The notes under the pieces are model-generated. The model made no database searches. It was not told the DNA's origin and was given only the letters and a program-made list of their open reading frames with translations. Below are positions 1 to 9,005 of a stretch of DNA of 64,000 bases, piece after piece. How positions within the stretch are numbered: the stretch's first letter is position 1; the number at the start of each line of letters is the position of its first letter. Origin of the DNA: a virus. The position numbers and the translations under genes are program-made. Where the stretch lies: IMG/VR virus record IMGVR_UViG_3300033407_000002, positions 1 through 64,000 of that record; one strand, 5' to 3'.

Positions 1-686
1 GATCTCCTGAACGGCCCGGACCGCCTTGCCAATATCGCCGCTCGTCCATCGGCAGATATCCAATCCGCTCTCTTTCTTGAACTTCGCGATTGCTTCAATA
101 GCCTCCCGCCCAGCCCGCACCTCCCCCTTTAACTGCCACTCCACCCGCTTCTCGACCTCCTTATCGAACCGATCCTTCGCCGATGCGACTCCCTTTGCGT
201 GCGCCTCGCGCACTGCCTTTTGTACCTCGTCCTGCTGGAGACTCCGCCGAAGTAAACAGGCCAGAAAACCGTAGGTCAGCGGCTGCGGTTCCATCGCCGT
301 AGCTGGTCGGCGGACCTTCAGGCCCACTCCGCCCGGCTCGAGCAGTCCCCATGTCGCGGGTAGCTCCTCGAGCTTGACCAGTCCTCGGCCGGCACATATC
401 CACCAGTAGTGACAATGCTTGGCGAATGCTTCGCTCTTATCCGGGTCTTGCAGTTCCTTTAGCCAGTCGGACCGGCTCGCTTTGATCTCGTGACCGTGCA
501 AATGCAGGCCCCGGCTCGGCCACAGCCCCATGGCGATCGCATCGCACGAACGGTTGGCCTCGAACCCTGCCGCATTGCGCACTTCTTCGATGAACGCCCA
601 CCGCTCTGGTCCTCGGCGGATATCCGATGCGTAGCGCGCCTTGAGCAGCCCGCGCAGTTCAGCGGTGGAATGCCTCGCTATCGCCA
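1..686 (-). CDS. PD-(D/E)XK nuclease, MmcB-like DNA-repair family (C-terminus runs off window start)
   Basis: Own translation of the minus strand from ATG 686-684: MAIARHSTAELRGLLKARYASDIRRGPERWAFIEEVRNAAGFEANRSCDAIAMGLWPSRGLHLHGHEIKASRSDWLKEL... It has a D...E-I-K nuclease core and stays open to position 1, so it is absent from the ORF track. Track ORFs 26..274(+) and 161..415(-) are shadow frames. Confidence 0.6.
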
Positions 687-691
687 TACCG

Positions 692-967
692 CTACCGATG
701 GTCCACCGCAGGGTAAATGTGCATGAATTCCTGATCCTCCAGGTCGTTGCGGATGGCTTCAAGCAGCTCTTCCGGCGTGTCGAAGTGCAAGCCCTCGAAC
801 CAATACCCGAGGCCTCTGCCGTCTACCACCTCAGCCGCAATCAGTTTCTCCAGTAACCACTCGTTCGCCGCTTCCTCCGACTCGAAAATGTGAATCGACG
901 GGTCTTCGTCTCCGGCAAGTACGCGAGCAAACCTTGTCGTCTGAGACATGAAAAACAAACCAACCAT
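692..967 (-). CDS. hypothetical protein
   Basis: 91-aa track ORF. Its stop lies 6 nt upstream of the next start. Acidic, balanced composition; no motif recognised. Confidence 0.5.
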   Translation of the reverse strand: MVGLFFMSQTTRFARVLAGDEDPSIHIFESEEAANEWLLEKLIAAEVVDGRGLGYWFEGLHFDTPEELLEAIRNDLEDQEFMHIYPAVDHR

Positions 968-1036
968 CAGTAGTCCTTTCGTATGATTTCAATTGACTAA
1001 ATGTTTCAATCCGCGTCCGCACTTTCTAGCGGACGA

Positions 1037-1261
1037 TTATCGCCACTGCTCTACGTCGATCGGCAGGAAGAACGCGACCCGAAACCTGAATCCACGATAG
1101 AACTTCCGCGTTACGTACTCGCCCTGCGGTGGTAGCGTATGCAGCCGAAACAGCCCCAGGCTGAACCGCCACCATCCGGCACCGTGCAAGTGCGATCGCT
1201 CAAAACCGAATACCGCGTTCCACCTGCCAACCTGCCACCTACCGGGATATCTCCGTATCAT
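1037..1261 (-). CDS. hypothetical protein (Trp/Arg-rich)
   Basis: Track ORF 1037..1303 trimmed to internal ATG 1261-1259, which sits just after the TGA (1265-1263) of the upstream gene. Confidence 0.35.
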   Translation of the reverse strand: MIRRYPGRWQVGRWNAVFGFERSHLHGAGWWRFSLGLFRLHTLPPQGEYVTRKFYRGFRFRVAFFLPIDVEQWR

Positions 1262-1262
1262 T

Positions 1263-1481
1263 TCACGCCATCTCCATGTCAAGCAGTTCTTCGCCGGAAT
1301 CAATGTAATCGCCGGTCGTCATTAGGTCCTCACGCTTGCCGGCAATGACCGCCGCGATGATCAGACCCCCGTCGACTCGCGCGGCCGCTTCCGCCGCTTT
1401 AAGCGGTGACTCGGCGCGGTGATGACGAAGGTACTTCAGGCCCGTGTCGTCATAGAAACCTATCACCGTGTACTGTTTCAT
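1263..1481 (-). CDS. hypothetical protein
   Basis: 72-aa track ORF, tightly packed in a minus-strand operon. Confidence 0.5.
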   Translation of the reverse strand: MKQYTVIGFYDDTGLKYLRHHRAESPLKAAEAAARVDGGLIIAAVIAGKREDLMTTGDYIDSGEELLDMEMA

Positions 1482-1483
1482 GC

Positions 1484-1948
1484 TCAGTAGCCCGCCGCTT
1501 CAAGTCGATCGGCGAACGCTTCGTAGGCGGGGAGGCGCTCAAGATAGTTGTCGTTCGTGAGTTCCGGTAACGCATCACGATCCAAGGCGCAACGACAGAG
1601 ACTCTCGTGCGGTACGCCGAAGTAATTGGCAAGATGAACAAACTGGCCCTTCCGAAGGCTATCGATAACCCACTCGAATCTTCCCATGTCCATCACTTCA
1701 ATGTCGAGCATGATCGACGTTACAGTCAGCTTACCTATCTGGTCCGGGAGGAACCTCTTTCCGGTCGCCTGCTGCACCGCGCATGTAGCGGCGCAGCCAT
1801 AGCAGACGCCACCGATAGAATACCCGAAGGACTCCATGCGGACCCGGAACGTCTCCCCCGGTATCTCTCGCAGCCCATCCACCATCGCCCTGACGGCTGC
1901 CGATGGCTTCTTTAGTATCTCTCGGAATGTCTTGGGTTGATTATCCAC
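1484..1948 (-). CDS. hypothetical protein
   Basis: 154-aa track ORF; no motif recognised. Confidence 0.55.
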   Translation of the reverse strand: MDNQPKTFREILKKPSAAVRAMVDGLREIPGETFRVRMESFGYSIGGVCYGCAATCAVQQATGKRFLPDQIGKLTVTSIMLDIEVMDMGRFEWVIDSLRKGQFVHLANYFGVPHESLCRCALDRDALPELTNDNYLERLPAYEAFADRLEAAGY

Positions 1949-1959
1949 CTACTGTCTCC

Positions 1960-2433
1960 TTATTCGTATTCGACTGCCATTCGGGCAATGATCTCCAGCG
2001 GTACGCCGTGCGTATTCCTGGCCGCGCATGCCCTGATCTCCGAAACCGTTTCCACCTTGCACTCGCGGAATGACACTTCGTACCGTGCCAGCCTTGCCGC
2101 CAGAACGTAGTTCCGGTACTCCCATTCGCGGATGTTCGTATTGTCGACGATGACCAAATTGACGCCGGCGCTCAGCGACTCAAGGAACTTCGACATACAC
2201 GCCGCATGCGCTTCGGCGATCTTGGCCGGGTTGAAGCGGTACACCAACGGACCGCTCGGTTCCTCTCGCACCATGAAGTAATCGTCGGCGCTGCACACAG
2301 CGCACGAATCACCTTCATGGACAAGCCATTTCGCGAGATCGGCCACCATGGTTGACTTTCCACTGCCCGGCACGCCACGCATTATGATCACCCGCCGCAG
2401 TTCTTTATCCACTTGCCACCTCCGTCTTTTCAA
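1960..2433 (-). CDS. P-loop NTPase / kinase-like ATP-binding protein (AAA_33 / polynucleotide-kinase-like)
   Basis: Walker A motif RVIIMRGVPGSGKST followed by a VIVDNTN Walker-B-like strand. The 157-aa size is typical of small phage kinases. Confidence 0.7.
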   Translation of the reverse strand: MKRRRWQVDKELRRVIIMRGVPGSGKSTMVADLAKWLVHEGDSCAVCSADDYFMVREEPSGPLVYRFNPAKIAEAHAACMSKFLESLSAGVNLVIVDNTNIREWEYRNYVLAARLARYEVSFRECKVETVSEIRACAARNTHGVPLEIIARMAVEYE

Positions 2434-2662
2434 ATACCTTGTCGACCATCGCGCCGAACATCTCTTTCATCCGCCGCTGGACCAAACTCTCGACGTACTC
2501 GTCACTGACCGTGATCATGATCGACTTCGGACTATACCCCTCGACCTTCAGGTCAACTACGTCTGGCCTTACAAGCGTTTTGCCGAGCCGGAACCCTATG
2601 TGCGTACTCAGATCCAGATTGCTACTCGACATCAACTTAAATACGTCGTCTAACTTTGCCAC
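2405..2662 (-). CDS. hypothetical protein
   Basis: Track ORF 2405..2833 trimmed to GTG 2662-2660, preceded by GGAGTAGGA and lying 4 nt after the stop of 2667..2963. The upstream part of the track ORF is Arg/Ser-rich shadow. Confidence 0.45.
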   Translation of the reverse strand: MAKLDDVFKLMSSSNLDLSTHIGFRLGKTLVRPDVVDLKVEGYSPKSIMITVSDEYVESLVQRRMKEMFGAMVDKVFEKTEVASG

Positions 2663-2666
2663 GATC

Positions 2667-2963
2667 CTACTCCTCAGGCCAGTGTGGATAATCCTCTCCC
2701 GTTTCAGCGCGGGAGAATACATTGAGCGTCCGCCGCAATTCGCCGCGCGTCGTGACGCAACAGAAATCAATCTCTTCGCCGTCCTCCATGACGCGGTGAA
2801 GCGACCACCAGTACCTCCGTAGACCAGACACATTCCAGTAGAGAAACAGGTCCGTTCCCGGAATCGACCACGTGTTGGGATCCTTCTTCGCCCATCCGCT
2901 CAGCCATTCCCGGTCAATATCCAGTTCGTCTCCGTCGACAGTTGCCGTTGTTTCGGTTTTCAT
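2667..2963 (-). CDS. hypothetical protein
   Basis: 98-aa track ORF; overlaps the next gene by 4 nt. Confidence 0.55.
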   Translation of the reverse strand: MKTETTATVDGDELDIDREWLSGWAKKDPNTWSIPGTDLFLYWNVSGLRRYWWSLHRVMEDGEEIDFCCVTTRGELRRTLNVFSRAETGEDYPHWPEE

Positions 2964-3319
2964 TGACGAAGTCCCTTCAAACTATCCAGTACCGCACTTT
3001 CCACCAACTCAACCGCGCTCTCGGTCTCCAGCATCCGCTCTGGATCGCACTCGGCGGCAACTAGCTCGCGGCAGTTTACCGGCAGATCGTTCTCGATCGA
3101 CTCGACCACGTAACCGGCCAAGTCACGAGCATGCTTGCGGTCGGCTGCCGTTACCTTGCCGCTTGATCCGCCGAGCCGGCTTTTCAGCGACTCCAATTGC
3201 TCGATCAGCGCCCCGATAACGTCGGCTACATTGGCAATCGCGATTCCCGACGCGGCCTGTACGACCTCGCGCTCATAGTCGCGGCGGTCTTCCTCGGTCA
3301 TAGTTAATTGCTGGCTCAT
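2960..3319 (-). CDS. hypothetical protein (first gene of an operon)
   Basis: 119-aa track ORF. RBS AGGAGAG lies 7 nt before the ATG. Preceded by the leader hairpin 3332..3364 and promoter motif 3387..3417. Confidence 0.6.
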   Translation of the reverse strand: MSQQLTMTEEDRRDYEREVVQAASGIAIANVADVIGALIEQLESLKSRLGGSSGKVTAADRKHARDLAGYVVESIENDLPVNCRELVAAECDPERMLETESAVELVESAVLDSLKGLRQ

Positions 3320-3331
3320 CTTTACTCTCCT

Positions 3332-3364
3332 GGCTTGAGGTTTTATTCCCGGCTGGTAAGGCCG
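3332..3364 (-). promoter_or_regulatory. conserved 5'-leader element: hairpin CGGC[CUUACCA]GCCG + AAAACCUCAAGCC
   Basis: Minus strand reads ACGGCCTTACCAGCCGGGAATAAAACCTCAAGCCAGGAG. One of three leader copies (also 8883..8916 and 9006..9044) with a conserved loop and covarying stems. Confidence 0.55.
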
Positions 3365-3386
3365 TGAGTTGTTTTCGTCTCCACAG

Positions 3387-3417
3387 TACCGACTGGATTA
3401 CCGCCGGAATGTGTCGC
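3387..3417 (-). promoter_or_regulatory. promoter-like motif GCGACA-N18-GTC (copy 1)
   Basis: Minus strand: GCGACA CATTCCGGCGG TAATCCA GTCGGTA. It ends 68 nt upstream of ATG 3319. Confidence 0.6.
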
Positions 3418-3454
3418 CGAAACGGTGATTATTCAGAAAGTTTTTGCGTGAGCG

Positions 3455-3925
3455 TCATGGCTTTCCATACCTCCATAATTCGACAACGTAGCCAAGCACC
3501 CACCATTGAGGCTTCTCTTCGCTGTCACCCTTCGGAAAAATGAACGCCATGTAATGATGATGCGGCGGCATTCCCTGGCAAGATTCAGCAGGCGATAGTC
3601 CATAGAATATCCTCGCGCCATCGAACGATCCAAAACGATCAGTTGCGCCGCCCGCTAAATCTGCTACATCGTTTAGGCTGTTAGCGCCCTTAAAATCTGC
3701 CGATGATGAATCGATCGCCGTTTTGCCACTGTGCTTCAAAAAGCCGTATTTGTAACCCTTCTCTGCCAACTTAATAAACTCTTCGTCTGTCCAGTGCATA
3801 CCACTCACTCCCCTGTTTGACTTTAGTTCGTAGCGTACCGAGTTATGAGTCAACCACGCGCGACCGCACTGGCAGGCGATCTCGTGCGAATGGTTTTGAC
3901 ATATCATGTCTGCAAATTTACTCAT
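3455..3925 (-). CDS. hypothetical protein
   Basis: 156-aa track ORF, the last gene before the promoter/leader region. Confidence 0.55.
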   Translation of the reverse strand: MSKFADMICQNHSHEIACQCGRAWLTHNSVRYELKSNRGVSGMHWTDEEFIKLAEKGYKYGFLKHSGKTAIDSSSADFKGANSLNDVADLAGGATDRFGSFDGARIFYGLSPAESCQGMPPHHHYMAFIFPKGDSEEKPQWWVLGYVVELWRYGKP

Positions 3926-4502
3926 CGCTTAACAACTCCGAGTGAACCTTAAACGCCAGAGCAATGCCGCCCTTTTCCACCGTATCGCCAGTGGTGGCGA
4001 ACTCATTGGCGTAGTCGACCGCAGCCTGCCACGGGTCGCCCATGAACGATCTTTGACCCTGCGCCATGCAGATGCTCGCGGCCTGCTCTTCCGTCGCACC
4101 GTGATCGAACAGCCTCTCCGATAGCCATTCCCCGGAATCCCACAGGGACTTCGATCGGTCCGGCATCATCTCGGCGACCTTGAGCACGCTCGGGTCTTCG
4201 CACTCGAGCCGCTCCTTATCCAGCCTCTGGCCGTTCTCCTCGGCCCAACGCTTGGCTTCCTCTACGGTATACGGCGGCTCGGAGTCCGTGACGTTGTCGA
4301 GACGCCAGCGTTCCATGTCGTGCGCCAGTTCGGATGCTGCGCGGCATTTTTCTTCGTCGTGGATTCCGTGCGCTTCGAGTGCCCACGTGCGCACGATCTT
4401 GGGTGCGATCCGGTCCTTCGCCCGGAGCACGAAAATAGGCTCGTCATCGGCTGCCTTGTTCAGGCAGCTCTCAGCGGAAGCTAGTTCGTTTGCTTTGATC
4501 AC
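3918..4502 (-). CDS. hypothetical protein
   Basis: 194-aa track ORF with 8-nt overlap coupling. Confidence 0.6.
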   Translation of the reverse strand: MIKANELASAESCLNKAADDEPIFVLRAKDRIAPKIVRTWALEAHGIHDEEKCRAASELAHDMERWRLDNVTDSEPPYTVEEAKRWAEENGQRLDKERLECEDPSVLKVAEMMPDRSKSLWDSGEWLSERLFDHGATEEQAASICMAQGQRSFMGDPWQAAVDYANEFATTGDTVEKGGIALAFKVHSELLSDE

Positions 4503-4744
4503 GATAAATCCCCTTTCTTAGTCTTCAAATACGCTAGTGACTCTTCGAACGCCTCTTCGTAGCCGCTGCCGAACCGCTCGTATAGCTTGCGCTGCAGGTC
4601 CTTCGGTAGCCGGAAGTAACATGCCCGACAATGACTCTTCATGCTTTGCTTGGCTTTCCCGCAGCCCTCGCACTTCGTTGAGCCCAACGAGTCGAGTATC
4701 TCAATCCGACGATCGACCGGTATGTCAGCCAATTTATTACCCAC
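4499..4744 (-). CDS. hypothetical Cys-rich (zinc-ribbon-like) protein
   Basis: 81 aa containing CEGCGKAKQSMKSHCRAC; 4-nt overlap with the next gene. Confidence 0.5.
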   Translation of the reverse strand: MGNKLADIPVDRRIEILDSLGSTKCEGCGKAKQSMKSHCRACYFRLPKDLQRKLYERFGSGYEEAFEESLAYLKTKKGDLS

Positions 4745-5063
4745 CTTTCTTGCGTTTCATTCCTGGCGTGTTTTTTCGATGCACGCGAACCATCGTTACC
4801 TGCTTCGACCCGTTGAACTGCTCGGCCTTAACCGTCGCGACCATGTTCCGGCTGAACCGCATCCACAGCCAGCGCGCGTCTCCGACGATACGGCATGCTC
4901 CTGGATCATCTCCGTAAAACCGGCACAGCTCGTCGAATACTTCCGTGACTTCTTCCGTCCATGCTCCGAGATTGTTGTCCCAGCCTTCGGAGTAGATGCG
5001 GACAATCCGAGCTGTTAACTGCCGATCCTTGCCGATTCGGAAGAGGGCGTTGAACTGAGTCAT
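4737..5063 (-). CDS. hypothetical protein
   Basis: 108-aa track ORF. Confidence 0.5.
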   Translation of the reverse strand: MTQFNALFRIGKDRQLTARIVRIYSEGWDNNLGAWTEEVTEVFDELCRFYGDDPGACRIVGDARWLWMRFSRNMVATVKAEQFNGSKQVTMVRVHRKNTPGMKRKKGG

Positions 5064-5127
5064 CGCTTAGCCTTCTTCCGAGATACCGGCTTCATCGGCC
5101 TATCGCCACATTCCGGGCACCAGTGAG

Positions 5128-5403
5128 TCATCCAGCTACCCCGAATTCCTTGGCAGCTTTAATACCCGCCTCGGCCATCGACGCGCGGAACGTCGCCTGA
5201 GCTACGTGCGACATATGGCATTCCATCGCTTCCTTGGCGTCCTGCAATGCCTGCGGCAAAGCCAGTTTGACTTCGGCCCGCAAGCACTGACTGGCTACGT
5301 CGTAGTCCGGCACCTTCAGGCCGTTCAAGCGAATGAAATCAGCGGCGGCTCTCGATGCGGCATCGGCGGCGATACCCACCAGTGCGTCTATGTGCTCTGA
5401 CAT
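5128..5403 (-). CDS. hypothetical protein
   Basis: Track ORF 5128..5577 trimmed to ATG 5403-5401 (MSEHIDALVG...). The upstream part overlaps 5388..5834 and is Arg-rich shadow. Confidence 0.5.
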   Translation of the reverse strand: MSEHIDALVGIAADAASRAAADFIRLNGLKVPDYDVASQCLRAEVKLALPQALQDAKEAMECHMSHVAQATFRASMAEAGIKAAKEFGVAG

Positions 5404-5834
5404 GATTGCTCCTTTGGCCAAACGGCCGGATCGACTTCCAGAATGCGGAGCATGTCCAGTACGTCGCGCCGAGTCTGCACCCTGCACAACTTGATACTGG
5501 CGCCGACTAACTCTTTTCTGAACATCCACCACTGTCCGCGACGGTCTCCGGTACGGTAAAAGATAAAGAAGTAACAATGATCATTCACCTCCATCGCGAG
5601 CGTCGAACACTTGCACCATGACGCAAGCCACGTTCCCGTCACCGGTTGATTGCCGTCTTTCGCGGCTTCCAACGCATCATCCAAGCCCTCGAGCCACTCT
5701 TCGAACCTGCCGCCAGTTCGCAGTTCATCCCACGGCGCGATGTCGCCATTGAGGTGCAGCCCAGCCACACCGGTACTGTTAGCCATCAACGTTTCGACGG
5801 CTAGAAGGCCCTCCACTAAACACTGACTTGACAT
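5388..5834 (-). CDS. hypothetical protein
   Basis: 148-aa track ORF. Confidence 0.55.
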   Translation of the reverse strand: MSSQCLVEGLLAVETLMANSTGVAGLHLNGDIAPWDELRTGGRFEEWLEGLDDALEAAKDGNQPVTGTWLASWCKCSTLAMEVNDHCYFFIFYRTGDRRGQWWMFRKELVGASIKLCRVQTRRDVLDMLRILEVDPAVWPKEQSCQST

Positions 5835-5836
5835 GA

Positions 5837-6331
5837 TTACTCCTTGGAAACTTCGGATACTTCGGTTTCTTTACCCGTCGATGCGGGCACCAACACTAGG
5901 CACCCGCTGACTATTGGCTCTTGCGTCTTTTCCACAACCGTAGCGATTGGCCCCGGCTGCACTTGGTAGTCCTCGTCGAACACACGGACGCGACAGCCCG
6001 CCGAGAACGGCCTGATGAATGTCACGTCGCAGGTTCGCCCATCGAGATTCCCTCCGCGAAACAAGCACGTCTGCTTAAACACTTCCCACGTGTCGTCCTG
6101 CACCGGCTTGAGAAAGAGTCCCGACAGGGTCATCAGTACCGGCTCCATCGCGTCCGACATCTTCTCCTTGCACTCCTGCTCAAAAACTGCCGCGTCCTTT
6201 TCGAAAACCGGCTCAATGTGATGGACGAATATATTGCACCCGGTACCACCCGCAGTGGCGCCCAACCAGCGACGGCACCGAACTCCGTCAATCAACATGG
6301 TCCTGTTGGTGTCCGTCATTGATATCTGCAT
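5837..6331 (-). CDS. hypothetical protein
   Basis: Track ORF 5837..6352 trimmed to ATG 6331-6329, preceded by GGGAGGG at an 8-nt spacing. Confidence 0.55.
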   Translation of the reverse strand: MQISMTDTNRTMLIDGVRCRRWLGATAGGTGCNIFVHHIEPVFEKDAAVFEQECKEKMSDAMEPVLMTLSGLFLKPVQDDTWEVFKQTCLFRGGNLDGRTCDVTFIRPFSAGCRVRVFDEDYQVQPGPIATVVEKTQEPIVSGCLVLVPASTGKETEVSEVSKE

Positions 6332-6380
6332 CGCTCTGTCCCTCCCGAACAAGTTTTGGTCGCACGTTAAGTCCCTGATG

Positions 6381-6411
6381 TAACGACCGAATTACTCGGA
6401 CAATGTGTCGC
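6381..6411 (-). promoter_or_regulatory. promoter-like motif GCGACA-N18-GTC (copy 2)
   Basis: Minus strand: GCGACA CATTGTCCGAG TAATTCG GTCGTTA; 50 nt upstream of ATG 6331. Confidence 0.6.
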
Positions 6412-6416
6412 GCAAT

Positions 6417-7508
6417 TTAGATATGACAATCGACGATTGTTACCCACTGATCGCCACGGAGCGATGCAACCAACTTGCCGAACTCTCCATCCCATTCGTT
6501 CTGCTCGTTGGAAGCCATGCCCCACCATCCCATCGTCCCCTTCTCGTACCACTTGCCGTCCATCACGACGGCCCAAGCGCTCAGCGACGGTGCGGACTCT
6601 ATCCACTGACCGACCAGCATGCCTTCTGGAACTTCTGGCAATTCAAAATTCGCCTGGCCAGCCCTTGCCCCAAGCGGCCATCGCACCGACGCCCACTCGT
6701 AATACACACCTCCTCGCGGTCGCTCATCGGGCGGCAACAATAGCCACGCGGCATAAGCCTCACGGTTCTGCACGATGGCAATCTCGAACTCTTGCTCGTT
6801 TAGCTCAGCCCGCTTCATGCACTCGACCACCCACTCGCGCCTTTTATCGACGTTTGCCTGCTTCATCGCTTGGCGATCCATGTCGCCAACGCGAGCCTGG
6901 TCTACTTTCGTTCCCAGAATCTCAAGCCTGCCTTCATAACGTCCGCCTACAGTCCACCAGTCCCACCGTTTATTTGGGTTCGTTCTGCGGACGATCTTGA
7001 CCACTTGCCCGAGATCCACCATCGCGTACCCAAACTTGTGCTTCTCGTTCAGCTTCTCGCCAAAGTACGCCACCTCGCTCTGGCTCTTCGCGAAGTCCAA
7101 GAAACTACCTACCTCTGCGGCTGGCAATTCCACTTCCTCGTACCCATCCGGAACGAACTGCACCTTGGCGCGATATCCCTTTCCGTCGTTCCAGTCGTCC
7201 GACCGCCAGTGCATGCCATTTCCCCAGCCGGTCCCGGCGATCGGTCCGATCGTTACCAGCTCCTCGTGCGTCGGGTCACGAAAGAATCGCTCGTCGCTGG
7301 GCAGATGATACTCGCCTTCGCTATCCCGATACCGGACGACTTTCAACGTCTCGAACTCTTTTCGCGTTTCCTCGGTTTCGTCGATATCCTGCACGTACTC
7401 GTCATCGGTGCCCGTACATTCGAACTCATGCCATGGCTGCAACAGAGCAGTCAAACTCTCGTATGTCGGCTGCTCGTCGGTGACTACCATCACGCTGAAG
7501 TGACTCAT
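6417..7508 (-). CDS. conserved-looking hypothetical phage protein
   Basis: 363-aa track ORF (MSHFSVMVVTDEQP...PWHEFECTG...); no catalytic motif recognised. Confidence 0.65.
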   Translation of the reverse strand: MSHFSVMVVTDEQPTYESLTALLQPWHEFECTGTDDEYVQDIDETEETRKEFETLKVVRYRDSEGEYHLPSDERFFRDPTHEELVTIGPIAGTGWGNGMHWRSDDWNDGKGYRAKVQFVPDGYEEVELPAAEVGSFLDFAKSQSEVAYFGEKLNEKHKFGYAMVDLGQVVKIVRRTNPNKRWDWWTVGGRYEGRLEILGTKVDQARVGDMDRQAMKQANVDKRREWVVECMKRAELNEQEFEIAIVQNREAYAAWLLLPPDERPRGGVYYEWASVRWPLGARAGQANFELPEVPEGMLVGQWIESAPSLSAWAVVMDGKWYEKGTMGWWGMASNEQNEWDGEFGKLVASLRGDQWVTIVDCHI

Positions 7509-7554
7509 TTACTCGGCTCCTTGGACTTGGTTTGCTGATGTAACTTCCTGTCAC

Positions 7555-7585
7555 TACCGACCGAATTCCACGAGAAGTGTGTCGC
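7555..7585 (-). promoter_or_regulatory. promoter-like motif GCGACA-N18-GTC (copy 3)
   Basis: Minus strand: GCGACA CACTTCTCGTG GAATTCG GTCGGTA; 47 nt upstream of ATG 7508. Confidence 0.6.
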
Positions 7586-7593
7586 CGACAAAC

Positions 7594-7620
7594 GAAAAAA
7601 GCCCGGGATAAACCGGGCTC
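7594..7620 (-). terminator. intrinsic terminator
   Basis: Minus strand reads GAGCCCGG-TTTATC-CCGGGCT followed by TTTTTT, 22 nt after the stop of 7642..8202. Confidence 0.55.
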
Positions 7621-7641
7621 ATCGTGATATTTAGCTCTGTT

Positions 7642-8202
7642 CTACTCGCTCGGCATGTCACATTCACTTCTCGGTTTTATGCAACCGTCTTCCATGTCTC
7701 GGCACCAGCCGTCCGGAACCTCGCCTCGACTGACTGCGGATTCATCACGCTTGCGCTGCCGGATGAAATTGCGGAAGCCGCCAAGAGTCTGTCGACTGTA
7801 CCTACCCGTCCCGCGTCCGTAGGCGCCGCGCTCTTCGCGAGCCTCGTACTGTTTTACCCAGCGGCATTGATCCGCCGCCGCCCAAAAATCTATCCCGCCA
7901 TCCAGGACAGTCAGCCGCAACTTCCCCGTGCGCTCGCTCTGTGCGATCACGTAGTACGTCCGCCCCTTGTACTCAACTTTCCCATAGACGGGGCTGTCGG
8001 CTAAGTCCTCTTTGACTTCCTGGCCGTCGAGCTGCCCGACGATGCCTGAAATCTTGTCGGCCTTCGCCGCACCAATCCACCACTGCTTGCGTCCGCCATC
8101 CCAGTGGCAACCGGCACCCTTGAGGCGATCCTTGATCGCATACGTGTTGCCGACTACGTAAATGCGGGCACCAACTTTTTCGGTCGCTACTTCGATTGTC
8201 AT
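7642..8202 (-). CDS. hypothetical protein
   Basis: Track ORF 7642..8376 trimmed to ATG 8202-8200 (MTIEVATEK...), with AGGAAAAAGGA upstream. The N-terminal track extension overlaps the sigma gene and is Arg/Ser-rich. Confidence 0.55.
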   Translation of the reverse strand: MTIEVATEKVGARIYVVGNTYAIKDRLKGAGCHWDGGRKQWWIGAAKADKISGIVGQLDGQEVKEDLADSPVYGKVEYKGRTYYVIAQSERTGKLRLTVLDGGIDFWAAADQCRWVKQYEAREERGAYGRGTGRYSRQTLGGFRNFIRQRKRDESAVSRGEVPDGWCRDMEDGCIKPRSECDMPSE

Positions 8203-8242
8203 CGTTCTGTCCTTTTTCCTAGATTGTTTTGTATCCCAATAC

Positions 8243-8273
8243 ATCCGACCCGATTTCCCGCATGTTGTGTCGG
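8243..8273 (-). promoter_or_regulatory. promoter-like motif (C)CGACA-N18-GTC (copy 4)
   Basis: Minus strand: CCGACA CAACATGCGGG AAATCGG GTCGGAT; 41 nt upstream of ATG 8202. Confidence 0.5.
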
Positions 8274-8299
8274 AAAATCCGGCTACTTTTCGGCCCGAT

Positions 8300-8869
8300 T
8301 TAGAACAGGCTCGGCTGGCTGGCTTCCGCCCGTGCATTGACCAATCCCTTAGTGACCAGCGAGCGAGCTGCGCCAAGCGTCACGCCAAGCTGCTCGGCGA
8401 TCTGCTGATACTCGGCTCCTTCGATGTATCGCAGACGAACCGCCGCCTGTTGCAGTTGCGGCAGCCGGTCCAGTATCCCGAGCACATGACCACACTCTTC
8501 GCGGACAACCATCGATTCGCGTACCTCGCGGTCGTCCGCCGCCGGCTGGTATCCGTCGCGGCTCTGCTCGGTCGCTACTCCGATGGCAACCTGCTCGGAT
8601 CGCAGTGATCGCTTGCCGGCTCCTAGGTGCGTTGTAACGGCTGTCTCGCATGCGCACTTGGCGATCGTCAGTACCCAGTGGCGGAGCTGATCGAGCGACT
8701 CGGCTCGGCAGGCTGCGGCTCCGGTAACCGCTTTGAGGCATACGGTCTGGTACAGGTCGTCGAGGTCGAACCGCTGATTCATGCGGCTTAGACGGCGGCT
8801 GTAGCGGGCGCGGATGGTTGATTCCAGGTCGGCTAGCGTTTCGCAGACGAGGTCCGGGGTGACTTGCAT
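8300..8869 (-). CDS. ECF-type (group 4) sigma-70 family RNA polymerase sigma factor, paralog 1
   Basis: Region 2 (RFDLDDLYQTVCLKAV...LRHWVLTIAKCA) and region 4 HTH (LDRLPQLQQAAVRLRYIEGAEYQQIAEQLGVTLGAARSLVTKGL). Track ORF 8300..9106 trimmed to ATG 8869-8867, just downstream of a leader element. Confidence 0.8.
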   Translation of the reverse strand: MQVTPDLVCETLADLESTIRARYSRRLSRMNQRFDLDDLYQTVCLKAVTGAAACRAESLDQLRHWVLTIAKCACETAVTTHLGAGKRSLRSEQVAIGVATEQSRDGYQPAADDREVRESMVVREECGHVLGILDRLPQLQQAAVRLRYIEGAEYQQIAEQLGVTLGAARSLVTKGLVNARAEASQPSLF

Positions 8870-8882
8870 TTGAGTAGCTCCA

Positions 8883-8916
8883 GGCTTGAGGTTTTCGTTT
8901 CCGTGGTAAGTCGGAA
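8883..8916 (-). promoter_or_regulatory. conserved 5'-leader element: hairpin UUCCG[ACUUACCA]CGGAA + AAAACCUCAAGCC
   Basis: Minus strand: TTCCGACTTACCACGGAAACGAAAACCTCAAGCCTGGAG, directly before ATG 8869. A TATATA -10-like box lies at 8930-8935. Confidence 0.55.
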
Positions 8917-9005
8917 ATGATTTGTGGTCTATATAGAAAGGCTTGTTTTCAGGCGGTTCAGGGCGCGAAAAGCGGTTATTTTCTGAAAGGTTTTCGGCTC
9001 TGGAC